The position numbers were made by a program, and so were the translations under genes. A stretch of 64,000 nt of DNA from Takakia lepidozioides (taxonomy: Eukaryota; Plantae; Bryophyta). Where the stretch lies: assembly GCA_030704615.1 (NCBI GenBank), contig CM060734.1:32612001-32676000 (forward strand), given 5' to 3'. This document shows, one piece after another, positions 50,086-62,637 of this stretch (its first letter is position 1; each line of letters opens with the position of its first letter). Under the pieces are notes generated by a model. It saw nothing but the letters and a program-made list of their open reading frames with translations, searched no databases and was not told where the DNA came from.

Positions 50086-52957
50086 CCTATGGTGGCTGCT
50101 TGAAAGTTTATAATATAGTGATTGTGAGGGTATTTGGGTATTGTTGTTATTGATTAATGCAGCTTTGACTCCCTCACACTATAACATTGGTTTGTGCATG
50201 TTGGAGTTCAAGGTTGGGGGACAGAGGCCACTCACTTCAAAACACAATTGCTACACTTGGAGACCAGATTTGGGAGCATGTATAAAACAACAGTGCACAA
50301 TTTCATGCAACAATAAGCGATACTGCAAGTGTCCACTGAAGCGGTCCCTATCGCTGGTGTGACCCAGTGTTCTCAGTAACTACTTGAGCTGTTTATCTCA
50401 AACAAGCCGAAAAAGTCTCCTGAAATCCCCTTCAAGAAAAGTGAGGTCTTTTTCTTTTGCTTTCAATAACCGTCCAAACATCCCAGAAACGAAGCTTTTG
50501 GTTCGTCACGTTGTTTTAATTAATATCAATAAAATTACACCCAACTAAGGGATAACTTATGTGAATAATGAGAGAGAGATATACTTATTCCTCCTCCTTT
50601 GGTTGTGAAGGCACAATCATCATAAGGATTTGTGGCGAGCCATGGTGCGATGCTCAATTGTGGCGTGAAGGGTTGGGATTCTCGTTTCCTCGCATGCAAT
50701 TAAATTTGGGGTAAAGTAAGAATAATGCCCCCCACGTTTGCGTGGGCCCTGTCCATTAGAAATTCCACCTGCGATACAAGCTCGCAATATGAGCTCCTCA
50801 TCTTTAGAGGGTGCACGCGCCCTCTGTATTCTGTCCTTTAGTAGATTTTTTGAGATTTTCCAAAATTTCTTTATTTTTGGACAAGCTGAGTATGTAATAT
50901 TTCTGGATTTTTAGACATATTGCTTGAGTTAAGTCAAAAATCTCAACAACCCAAAATATAATTAATTTGTGTCGAATCTGACAGCAACGTAGGGTATAAA
51001 GGAGAAGCGCGCTCTCTTCTTACTACATACTAAGTTGGAACTAGTTACTTACTACTAAATTAGTATTACTTACTAAGTTAGTACGGTGTTATAGTGGTAT
51101 GTCCATTTTGGCATACCAGACTCGTCCTCCTGGTAGGTCCAACTTGGCTCTTGGGTCCAACTAGTAGGGCCAGTGTAAATTAGGACAGACGAAGGTAGGT
51201 TATAAGATGGGTATCAATATCTCCAATTTTGAGATACTACCCTCGTCCTAGGCATGGGTATGGCAAAAACTCAAATGATATACTGGGGCGGCATGTACAA
51301 TGGTATGGTATACCCCAACACTCATCATATTCCATTCAAAGCTGAAAAAAAAACCAGATTGAGGGCAACATACAAAAGGTTAAAAAAAAAATTGCAATCA
51401 CAAAGCCGATATCCTCAATCTTTTGCGTCTCCCCACATCAAAGATCCAGCCGCAAAAATGAAACCCCTCCCATAACAAACACAACATGGCACACCCTAAC
51501 CATAACTGCTACCCTTCCTATCGAAACACTCCCCTCTAAGTACTGTGCAATCGCAGTATTGCTATGCAAGCTACTGTAACTGTATGGTATCAGTTTGGGT
51601 ATGTTTGGAAGCCTAAACCCTAAGTTCTACACACACCCAGGTATAGGCTGCATGACACACCATCCGGGTTGGTTTTGGCATACCCTCACCTATACCCTTG
51701 CACACACCCCACCCCACACTGGTTAACCCTTGCAAACACCCTCCTCGCCCCGATTGTTGGCACATACAAACACAACACTGGTTCCCAAAAAACCCACAAA
51801 CATGAACCATAGATGTATTAATTAATAGAACAGCTGGCTAAGATGAAATAAGCCCCCTAGGGATAAACTGCAAGTTCGTGTTCAAAATAGTTGATGGTTC
51901 TTATGCGCTAAAGGAGTGAGCGGTGAATGAAGCACTGTAGATGAGTTAGAGACCAGCCCAGGTGGCACTGCTGAGACTGTTTTAGACCACAACAGATTGT
52001 AGACCAATAGAACGCAACAAGATGTAGAGCAGTAAATCCCGTGGATTGTGTGAGAGAATTAGTAAGGGGATTGGTCACTTAGGCACCGAGTGAATCTGAT
52101 CATGGGTTGTATGAACGTCATGTATTATGAAGCCTAATGAGAGAAGTGGAAACAGTAGTTTTGTACAGGATGTGTCACCTGTCTTTGCTCAGTCATTGCA
52201 TAGCGTGAATAAGTTGTGAGCAAGGTTCAGACAGATCTCAGAGTACTGAATATGTAGAAACAGCTCAGAATGACGGCCTTGAGAGTGCATGACAGACTGG
52301 TTTGGAACATGATTGAAATCAACCACTAAGGTGTAATGAGCACGAGCATCTAGACAGCAACGGCGAATAGTGAATACACTGTGGGCAGAGATTGGTAGAA
52401 TACAGTGCCGTGAGGACTGCCTGCAGTGAAATCCAGGGAAGCGTTGATCAGATTAACACCGTTGAACATGGTGTAGCTCAGTGAGGGATGGCAAGGTGCA
52501 GGGGCTTGTACGCGTGGCCTACACGGGATGGTATCTCGTGCAATCATGCACAAATGAACAGGGAGTCGCTTGGGGGATGAAGCATGTGTTCAGTGAAAGT
52601 CAGGTGTGGCCGCCCATGTCGTTTTCTCTTCCGCTGCAGCGGCATGATGCGGTCGCATTGGACTGACGGGGCGAGTGGCCCTGTTCAGTTCTCGTGGTGG
52701 GAAGAGTAGAGCCCCCAATTTTACCTTATAGGATCAGGTCGAGAACTCTAAATTCATCACTAGCCTTCCATCCAAAACACTAGGGTTTGGCCTATGACCG
52801 AACAGGCGTCTGACCAATCCTCTATGACTCAACAGTACAGAAATTCACTCAACAGTCCATCATGGTCAATACTCTCAGGAAATGGTGGATGGTCTGAGTA
52901 GCTACACAGATCAATGAATGAAGCAAGACACTCGCATCTTTCCAAGAAAACATCCTT

Positions 52958-55900
52958 TCACCAGTAATCCCCACAAGAACAAATGCCATCTTCAAAGTGG
53001 TGAAAGCGGTTAGCGTCCCGTACAACAATTGCTCGGCCAACAATCTTTGAGATGAATTTGGTGGAGGTGTGGCAGTCACCACACACTCGAAGATTCTTGA
53101 TGAGACGGAGAGGCGTCCTAGGGATCGTGCTGATCAGCCCAAAACCAATGGCCAGCTTCTCACTGTGGTGGCAAAGAGAAAATTCCTTTTCCCCCTCCCC
53201 CACATCATGCAATACAAAGCGCGTGTCAGGCACGTACCCCGCCTCCTTCATCTGCCCAGACAATCTTCTCAGCTCAGCATGGATTTCCTTAATTCTGGGA
53301 TGCAACTTGTCATCTACAATGAAGGTGTGCACACTGTTGCCAACCTCAATGCAGCAGCGACCTGGCTCCTTTCTAACCCCTCTGACCTTCATCATTCTTC
53401 TCACCTTTGCAGTATCATCCCACCTGCCAGCTGCAGCATAGATGTTTGAGAGCAACACATAAGTCGCGGCATCCTGTTCATTCCACTTGAGGATAGATGC
53501 TGCCGCATGTTCAGCCATCTCCACATTGCCATGGATTCTGCAGGCACCAAGCAAGGCCTTCCACATCACAACATCTGGATTGATTGGCATTTTATTAATC
53601 AGGTCCACTGCCTCATCCAGTTGTCCCGCACGTCCAAGAAGGTCCACCATGCAGCCAAAGTGCTTCACTGTCGGAGTGACACCATGATCTTGAGTCAGGG
53701 AATCAAAGTAGCGTCTTCCTTCATTCAGTAGGCCAGTGTGGCTGCATGCAGAGAGAACACATATAAAGGTGATACTGTCCGGCTTCAAGCCGTTCTTTTG
53801 CATTCCTTCAAATAGTTGCACGACCTCCCTATGACAACCATGCTGAGCATATCCTGCGATCATCGCGTTCCACGACACCACATTTCGTTCAGCCATATTG
53901 TCAAATACTCCCTTTGCATCCTCAATGCACCCACATTTGGCATACATGTCCACCAGGGCAGTGTCCAGAATGACATTTGGTACAATTCCAGCTTTGATGA
54001 TGTCACCATGCACCTCTTTGCCCTTTTCCAGGGCTGCCAGGCTTGCACAAGCATTGCAAATGCACACAAATGTGATGTGGTTGGGCTTCATCCCTTCCCC
54101 CATCATTTGCTCATAGGTCTCCAAAGCCTCCATCCCGCGTCCCTGCTGTGCATACCCTGCAAGCATCGCATTCCACGACACCACATTTCGTTCAGCCATA
54201 CTGTCGAACACTCCCTTCGCATCGTCGATGCTCCCACATTTGGCATACATGTCCACCAGGGCAGTGTTCAGAATGACATCGGGTACAATTGCAGCTTTGA
54301 TGATGTCACCATGCACCTCTTTGCCCTTTTCCAGGGCTGCCAGGCTTGCACACGCATTGCAAACGCACACAAATGTGATGTGGTCGGGCTTCATCCCTTC
54401 CCCCATCATTTGCTCATAGGTCTCCAAAGCCTCCATCCCGTGCCCCAGCTGTGCATATCCTGCAATCATCGCACTCCACGACACCACATCTCGTTCAGCC
54501 ATACTGTCGAACACTCCCTTCGCATCCTCGATGCTCCCACATTTGGCATACATGCCCACCAGGGCAGTGTTCAGAATGACATTGGGTACAATTCCAGATT
54601 TGATGATGTCACCATGGACCTCTTTGCCCTTTTCCAGAGCTGCCAGGCTTGCACACGCATTGCAAATGCACACAAATGTGATGTGGTTGGGCTTCACCCC
54701 TTCGCACATCATTTGCTCATAGGTCTCCAAAGCCTCCATCCCGCGCCCCTGCTGTGCATATCCTGCAATCATCGCACTCCACGACACCACATCTCGTTCA
54801 GCCATACTGTCGAACACTCCCTTCGCATCCTCGATGCTCCCACATTTGGCATACATGTCCAACAGGGCAGTGTTCAGAATGACATCGGGTACAATTCCAG
54901 ATTTATCGATGTCACCATGGACCTCTTTGCCCTTTTCCAGAGCTGCCAGGCTTGCACACGCATTGCAAATGCACACAAACGTGATGTGGTTGGGCTTCAC
55001 CCCTTCGCACATCATTTGCTCATAGGTCTCCAATGCCTCCATCCCGCGCCCTTGCTGTGCATATCCTGCAATCATTGCACTCCACGACACCACATCTCGT
55101 TCAGCCATAGTGTCGAACACTCCCTTTGCATCCTCGATGCACCCACATTTTGCATACATGTCCACCAGGGTATTGTTCAGAATGACATTTGGTACAATGC
55201 CAGCTCTGACAATGTCGCCATGGACCTCTTTGCCCTTTTCCAGAGCTGCCAGGGCAGTGTTCAGAATGACATTTGGTACAATTCCAGCTTTGATGATGTC
55301 ACTATGCACCTCTTTGCCGTTTTCCAGGGCTGCCAGGTTTGCACAAGCATTGCAAATGCACACAAACGTGATGTGGTCGGGCTTCACCCCTTCCCCCATC
55401 ATTTGATCATAGGTCTCCAAAGCCTCCATACCACGTCCCTGCTGTGCATACCCTGCAAGCATCGCGTTCCACGACACCACATCTCGTTCAGCCATAGTGT
55501 TGAAAACTCCCTTTGCATCCTCAATGCACCCACATTTGGCATACATGTCCACCAGGGCAGTGTTCAGAATGACATCTGGTACAATTCCAGCTTTGACGAT
55601 GTCACCATGGACCTCTTTCCCCTTTTCCAGGGCTCCCAGGCTTGCACACGCATTGCAAACACAAGAAAACGTGATGTGGTTGGGCTTCACCCCTTCGCGC
55701 ATCATTTGCTCATAGGTCTCCAAAGCATTCCTACCACACCCATGCTTGGTAAATCCTGCCAACATTATATTCCACGTGATCAAAGATCGATGAGGCATTC
55801 TGTTGAACACTTGGTGAGCATCCATGATGCTCCCGCACTTAACATACATGTTGACAAGGGTGTTGAGTAGAAAAACAGTTGGGATGAATCCACTTTGGAT

Positions 55901-57775
55901 AATGTGAGTGTGCACCTGCTTTCCAGCTTCCAGGCCTTTCATCTTGATGCACTTACGCAAGAGACAGACATACGTATCTGAATCTGCTGAAATGCCTCCT
56001 TGGTTTAAAGTCTGTAGAGCCTCTTTCAGTCTGCCTGCCTCACAAAGCATCTTCACATGCCCAGAAGTGCCAGAAGAGGCATTGTGGACTCGCTCTCTTG
56101 ATCCTCTTCCAGAAGCTGTGGTCATGGTTGAGGTGCCTGATTTTATCAACTGTGCCGCTGCAGCTGCTGCCTTTAGTTGACCATCTACCCATGCAGGTTT
56201 CTTGTAGCTATTGATCCACAGGGAATCATAGGTAATCTTGTGCTTGAAATCTGGCCCTCTTGGATGAATCTGGACCCACACTCTATCCCTGGTCCTTCAG
56301 CTATCCATGCCTCTGCACAGATCATGCATACATCCTTGCCTTGCTGCTAGCAGCTGACAATGACAGCCTAGATTTGTTCTAGGAAACACCCAACTCAACT
56401 TATCACACTAGTTCCTATGCTCAATTGCATCTGCTACTCTCTGTAATCCAACAGGCATTCACCTTTTTGCCTCGATTGTCCCACCATTGACCGGGGTCAG
56501 AAAAGTATTCATTCCACAGCTTCTCCTCGTCTCTGTTACCTGCTTCTGGATATTTTCCTGTTGTCACATTGGCAGTATCATGTCAAAGTCACTCCAAACT
56601 ATCAAAGATTCACTCAACCAGCTAACTTGCAGAATTCAACATGGAAATTTAGGGCCGATTCTGATAAGAGGAAAAAACAAGGTGAAATGTGTTGAAGATG
56701 GTGCCTTCATTAGCAGTGCCTGATTTTATCAATTGTGCCGTTGCTGCTGCGGCTTCCAGTTGACCATCTACCCATGCAGGTTTCTTGTAGCTATCCTTCC
56801 ACAGGGAATCATAGGTAAAGTGGAGCTTGAAATCCGGCCCTCTTGGATGAATCTGGACCCACACTCTATCCCTGCTCCTTCAGCTATCCATGCCTCTGCA
56901 CAAATCATGCATACATCCTTGCCTTGCTGCTAGCAACTGACAATGACAGCCTAGAATTCTTCCAGCAAACACCCCAACCATACTTATCACACTAGTTCCT
57001 ATGCTGACTTGCGTCTGCTTCCAACAGGCATTCACCTTTTTGTCTCCATTGTCCCACCATTGACTGGGGTCGGAAAAGTGTTCATTCCAAAGCTTCTCCT
57101 CATCTCTGTTATCTATTTTTGGATACTTTCCTGCTGCCACATCGGCAGTAACTTGTCAAAGTCACTCCAAACCACCACAGATCCACCCAACGAGCTAACT
57201 TACAGAATTCAATATATGCATCTCAGGGCCGAGTCTGATGAGAGGGCAAAACAGGCTGAAATAGGTTGACGAAGAAGGTGCCCTCACCACATTGTCCTTG
57301 ACCTTGTGTCACGACCCATGGAGGATTTGACCGACCATCAACCCAAAAGGACCTCTTGTGTGTGCTGCTTGTGTCTGTAGTCAGGTAATGTCGGATTGGT
57401 CTGTGAGAACCACCACGGTGCAGCTGAGCAGGCAGAGATTGAAACACGGCCTGCTAAGACCAAGCTGACTCTCCCAAGAACCTTCTAAACATCAGGAAGA
57501 ATACCAAATCATGGTACTAACAGGAGCCAAGAGCCCACATTTGCAGGATGGACAAACTTCTTCACATCGTACATTAAGAAAAAGCCACACCTTGGGAGTG
57601 CGGTTGCCCCACCATCGTGAAGGATCTTTAAGAAAATCATGCCAGCTCTGCTCCGTGCTCCAAGGTAGAGGTTTGTGCTCGAAAATCCGACAGCATCAAC
57701 ATTTTGACAAGGTCCTTTACTGAGGGGTGCTAGTGAGCTTTCAACAACATTCATGCAAGTTGTTTTGGGCTCCAT
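52958..57775 (-). CDS. PLS-class PPR-E1-E2-DYW C-to-U editing factor with N-terminal OSB-type PDF motifs; proposed exons 57775-57591, 57400-57288, 57130-57036, 56852-56705, 56557-56463, 56269-52958
   Basis: 3.3-kb uninterrupted final exon with PLS triplets, P2L2S2, E1E2, KEPG box, HSEKLA, CGDCH and CSCGDYW*; upstream exons splice in phase to give LWNE.FSDP.QWWDN..KK|IHPRGPDFK...DSLW..KKPAWV twice. PPR-DYW part is secure; the 5' end is less certain. Confidence 0.85.
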
Positions 57776-58000
57776 TGGGCTCTACACGAGGAGGAACAAC
57801 GAACATGTCCAGACTCACACAGATGCTAACCCAGCTTATGTTTGCAGTCTGGAGATTGTAGAGTGTTCTCTGAAAACAACCAGGGACGAAGGCGCTGAGC
57901 AGCCAGAGTCTTTAACGCTGGGTCTTGGCATTTAAGTTTTTCTCACGTTCCAATATGTACCCATGTCGTTCAAAAAATAAAATCAGCCAAAGCCGGGTGG

Positions 58001-58017
58001 ACCCTAAACCCTAAACC
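58001..58017. promoter_or_regulatory. Short telomere-like repeat / telo-box upstream of the PPR gene
   Basis: accctaaaccctaaacc contains AAACCCTA; function not shown. Confidence 0.3.
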
Positions 58018-58034
58018 TGTTTATGCATGCATAC

Positions 58035-58380
58035 ACCACTTCCTTGAACCTGTTTCCAGTCTGTGACATGGGTGAGGCCATCATGGATGACCTCGAGGGT
58101 TTACCCACTCTCGGCACTGGACTGAAATTCAAACTAAGGGCGAGTAGCCTACCTTTGAACAGCAAACAGACGCAGAGAGGAAAGAGGGATTGTAAGCGCC
58201 TGTTGTGTGGGCAAGCTGAAGACAATAGTGAAGGTCAGGTAAGTCTGAAAGCCATGACCCTGTTGGATAAAACTGACTTAGAGGCTTAAGTTTCCAAAGT
58301 CATCTGTTCCCAGAAAATTGTCTAATGAAAATAAGCTAGAGGGTAAGATCGCTGAACCTGTTTCCAGTCTTTGACATGAG
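58035..58380 (+). mobile_element. Rearranged LINE fragments, same family
   Basis: LNLFPVCDMGEAIMDDLEGLPTLGTGLKFKLRASSLPLNSKQ matches 16390-16575. Confidence 0.75.
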
Positions 58381-59959
58381 CAACGCGAAGCCCTAGTAGA
58401 ATAAATTAAAAATTTCCCTCATTTGCATGAAAGTGGTGAGTAGCTTGATGGTTGGATGCATTGATTGATATTTTTTGGGGTGAGGGGTTCAAATGTTTGT
58501 ATATGTGGCAACTGATTAAGGCACAAAATATGTATGTTTGTTTTTCTGAGTCATGTGCATAAATGGCAGGCCCGAATCATCCAGTGTAAATCCTGGCTCT
58601 GTTTCAATGCATGACCATTTTGAAGGTATGACACATTACTCTTGATCTTCTCAGCTTTAGGCGGCCCGGAGAATGTTGCCTTCGTATTTTGATCCATTCT
58701 GTGACATTAGTGTGAGGAAGGACCAACTCTTCTGTGCCAAGATAGATTTGTTCTTACTTGTCCAAAACACCTTGTGTGTGATTGCATAGTCTAGCTTCCA
58801 TGTGAGCTTTCAAAGCTCGGGTGCTTTTGTGTTTTTGAATTTAAGCATGTTTGAGCTGCTTGGCATTGCCGCTAACTTGTGTACTTCCACTTGGAACCCT
58901 ATCTCCGACTTCAAATGAGACAAAGTTACATGGAACAAGTAAGGAAGGAAGCCTAAGGAAGCCAAAATTACTCTCCAATGTACCGTTGTCGAGTGTAGAC
59001 GTCTCTATTACATGCACACTATTTTCATGACCCAGGGCTCACTTTCCACGAGCTACGGTTATTCACCAGCACGTTCTACCAACCAAGTATCTTAAGGTCA
59101 GTCTCTGGAGTTGAGGAGACGATCTCTGTGTGTAGCAAGATGGCTAAAAGAGAAACGAACACATGGAATGCCTACTTGATTCGGCTGAAAATCAGATATT
59201 TGGCAATGTTACAAATTCTTGTAGCTGAAATTTTGAAAAGATGGATTGAGACTGATTAGCCAGGGAGTTGGGATATTTTGTGCAATAACATGATTGAAAT
59301 GGGGTTTAGAGGAATGTTTCATGGGTACTGGTCATAAGTTTAGTATGGGCCTGCCAACCTCTATCCTGAAGTTGTTCTTACTGGATGTATGACCCTCAAT
59401 GTTGTGGTTATCTTGCAGGCACTAGACATATCCCCCAATCCGGGTAGGACTGATCCAATGTACATTTCTCCATAAAGTTGAAAGCATAAGCACAACCAAC
59501 TTTTACTTTCCCATCTTATTCCTTACTTGTATTTCTGATAATTGTAGCTAGTTTGTATCAAAAAGTTTCGCCCGTTTGTGTCTGGTCGTCACCTGCCAAA
59601 TTAATGAACCCAGAGGCTCCACCGTGCACTCGGCTCCTGCCTCTCTAACAACTCATTCTTATGGACCTGTTGATGAGCCTACAGATTGACCCCAACGAAT
59701 GGTCATGAACTTCCAAGACTCCTCAGTTTCATTCTTTCAGTATACAGCCAAAGAAGCCTTCAGAACCCTGCTTAAAGCTTTGCAATTTCAAAGGTGAGAT
59801 GGGACAGGACGGCAAATGGTTAGGCTATAACTTCATGGATGGAAATTGGAATTCGATAAGGGAGTTGGGTGTTTGGGCACATATCTGTAGCAAATAAGGC
59901 AATAGCTACAATAGGCAGTGACATTCTTCTTTCGGTGTAGATACTACCACATCAAACAT

Positions 59960-60275
59960 GCTCTTAGGATGTGGTGAGGAGGCTTTTGGCATGTATCAGC
60001 AAATGAAATGGGAAGGGGTGACTCCCAACCGAAAACCGTAATTCGGATGTTCTCAATGTGTGTGCCAACCTGGCAGTCCTAGAAAAGGGCAAAGAGGTGC
60101 ATGTTGACTTAATCACATCTGGAATTAAGCCAGATATTATTCTGGAGACTGCCCTTGTTGATATGTATGCAAAATGGGAAAGCATGAAGGATGCATGTCA
60201 AATTTTCAACAATATGGCTCAACAAAATGTGGTCTCATGGAATTGCTGGATATGCTCAGCATGGGCATATATAGA
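59960..60275 (+). pseudogene. Diverged isolated PLS PPR fragment
   Basis: [57 protein letters not shown] with frameshifts on both sides. Confidence 0.8.
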
Positions 60276-61377
60276 GGCATAAGCAAGCTTATTCAGCCAA
60301 AAAAGGATTCCTTTCTCTCCTATATAAAGTGCCCACATTTTATCAGGTAGAGCCATTGTTTCCCAGTCCTTAGGTTTTTTCTTCCGTATTGGTGCAGATT
60401 TAACGTTGGTGGTGTCGCTAGCCCCTCCCCGGCGAGCCCGCCTGCCAGGCGGGCTTCTAGTTCGTCTATACTGGCATCTGACTGCTGTAATTCTGTTTCT
60501 GCTTCCCCCTGATTCTTATCCGCAGGGAATACGGGAGCGAGGACAAGGGACAGGGATAGGGGAGCGGGCCTGGGAACAAGGAGGGGACAGAAGAGCGGAC
60601 ATTGGGAACAGGGGAGCGGAGCGCTTGGACTTAAAAATATTTTTGAGATGAAAAAGTTCCATTTAGTCGTGTGTGCAATCAATCATTCATCATTATCTGA
60701 TTGCAATGTTATGAACCATAGACCTCACCACCATAATCTATATCACCTTGCCACCACACTACCATCCACATCTTGCCCAAGCTCTAGGTTTTTAATCACT
60801 AGGGCTTCGCGTTGCTCCGCACTACTAGCGACGAATTCTGAGAACTACGTTCAATTTTTCACAAAAAAAGGGGTGGGTCATCCCCACTATGATACATGCA
60901 GAGATCCCGTGATTTGTTTTTTTCTGGAAGAAAAATGGCAGATCTGCATTTCAATGTTCAATTTTCACAAGCCGCATCAATCAATATCAATATACCCAAA
61001 TACCCTTACATTCACTATATGAACTTTCAAGCATCCACCGTGGGATTGGATCTTGGTGGGTTAGCGCTAGCTTTTGACAACATTCATGTAAGTTCATCAA
61101 GGGCTCCATCCAAAGCCACACCACGAGAAACAAACAAACATGTCCAAATTAAAGATGTTGAACAAACTTGTGCACAGGGCTGCCCCTCTCATCAAGCTCA
61201 TTAAAATTCGTATTCACTTCCATCTTCAAGCTTTGGACAAGCTCCACCACCCAAACCCAGAATTAGGACAGCATTCTGATTTCCATCCACTGTCACCAGA
61301 ATCAGTCAAATATCACCCCTTCAGTCAAGTGCAATTGTGGGCTGACTTCCTACCTATGCCGGGTAGACCCCACTATC

Positions 61378-62637
61378 AGGAAATGGTGGATGATCTGAGT
61401 AGCTACACAGATCAATGAATGAAGCAAGACACTAGCATCTTTCCAAGAAAACATCCTTTCACCAGTAATCACCACAAGAACAAATCCCATCTTCAAAGTG
61501 GTGGAAAGTAGTTAGCGTCCCATACAACAATTGCTCGGCCAACAATCTTTGAGATGAATTTGGTGGAGGTGTGGCAGTCTCCACACACTCGAAGATTCTT
61601 GATGAGTTGTGCTGATCAGCCCAAAACCAATGGCCAAGTTCTCACTGTGGTGGCTATACATGAGCAGAATAGCTAATGAAGCAACAATCATTTTTTTTTC
61701 TTAAAATAAAAAATGGGAAGGAAGCAAGAAAATTCCTTTCCTCCACATCATGCAATAAAAAGCGTGTGTCAGGCACATACCCCGCCTCCTTCATCTGCCC
61801 AGACAATATTCTCAGCTCAGCATGGATTTCCTTAATTCTGGGATGCAACTTGTCATTTGGCTCCTTTCTAACCCCTCTGACCTTCATCATTCTTCTCACC
61901 TTTGCAGTATCATCCCACCTGCCAGCTGCAGCATGGATGTTTCATATAGCACCACATAAGTCGTGGCACCCTGTTCATCCCACTTGAGGATAGATGTTGC
62001 CACACATTCAGCCATCTCCACATTGCCATGGATTCTGCATGCACCAAGCAAGGCCTTCCACACCACAACATCTGGATTGATTGGCATTTTATTGATCGGG
62101 TCCACTGCCTCATCCAGTTGTCCCGCACGTCCAAGAAGGTCCACCATGCAGCCAAAGTGCTTTACTGTCAGATTGATACCATGATCTTCACTCAGGGAAT
62201 CGAAGTAGCATCTTCCTTCATTCAGTAGGTCAGTGTGGCTGCAGGTAGAGAGAACACATATAAGCCTTGAGCACGTTGGGGAGTTGGTTGTTGTTATTGG
62301 CTAGGAACCCCACTTCTTTGTGTCTCCTTGCCAAAGTGATACTGTCCGGCTTGAAGCCTTTCTTTTGCATTCCTTCAAATAGTTGCAGGACCTCCATATG
62401 ACAACCATGTTGGGCATATACTGCGATCATCGCATTCCACGACACCACATTTAATTCAGCTATATTGTCAAATACTCCCTTTGCATCCTCATTGCACTCA
62501 CATTTCGCATACAAGTGAACCACGGCAGTGTCCAGAATGACATTTGGTACAATTCCAGCTTTGATGATGTCACCATGAACCTCTTTGCCCTTTTCCAGGG
62601 CTGCCAGGCTTGCACACGCTTTGCAAACGCACATTCT
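61378..62637 (-). pseudogene. 5'-truncated pseudogene copy of the PPR-DYW gene 3' end including its 3' flank
   Basis: Near-identical to ~52875-54065; deletion after KEP removes the PG box, insertions at ~61655-61725 and ~62265-62333, frameshifts; ends in GDYW*. Confidence 0.92.

Noticed and set aside
17958-51321. One giant hAT enclosing the whole transposon nest
   Set aside because: Termini match only loosely and there is no TSD.
53816-55870. 684-aa plus-strand ORF
   Set aside because: Antisense shadow of the repetitive PPR coding sequence; no independent protein features.
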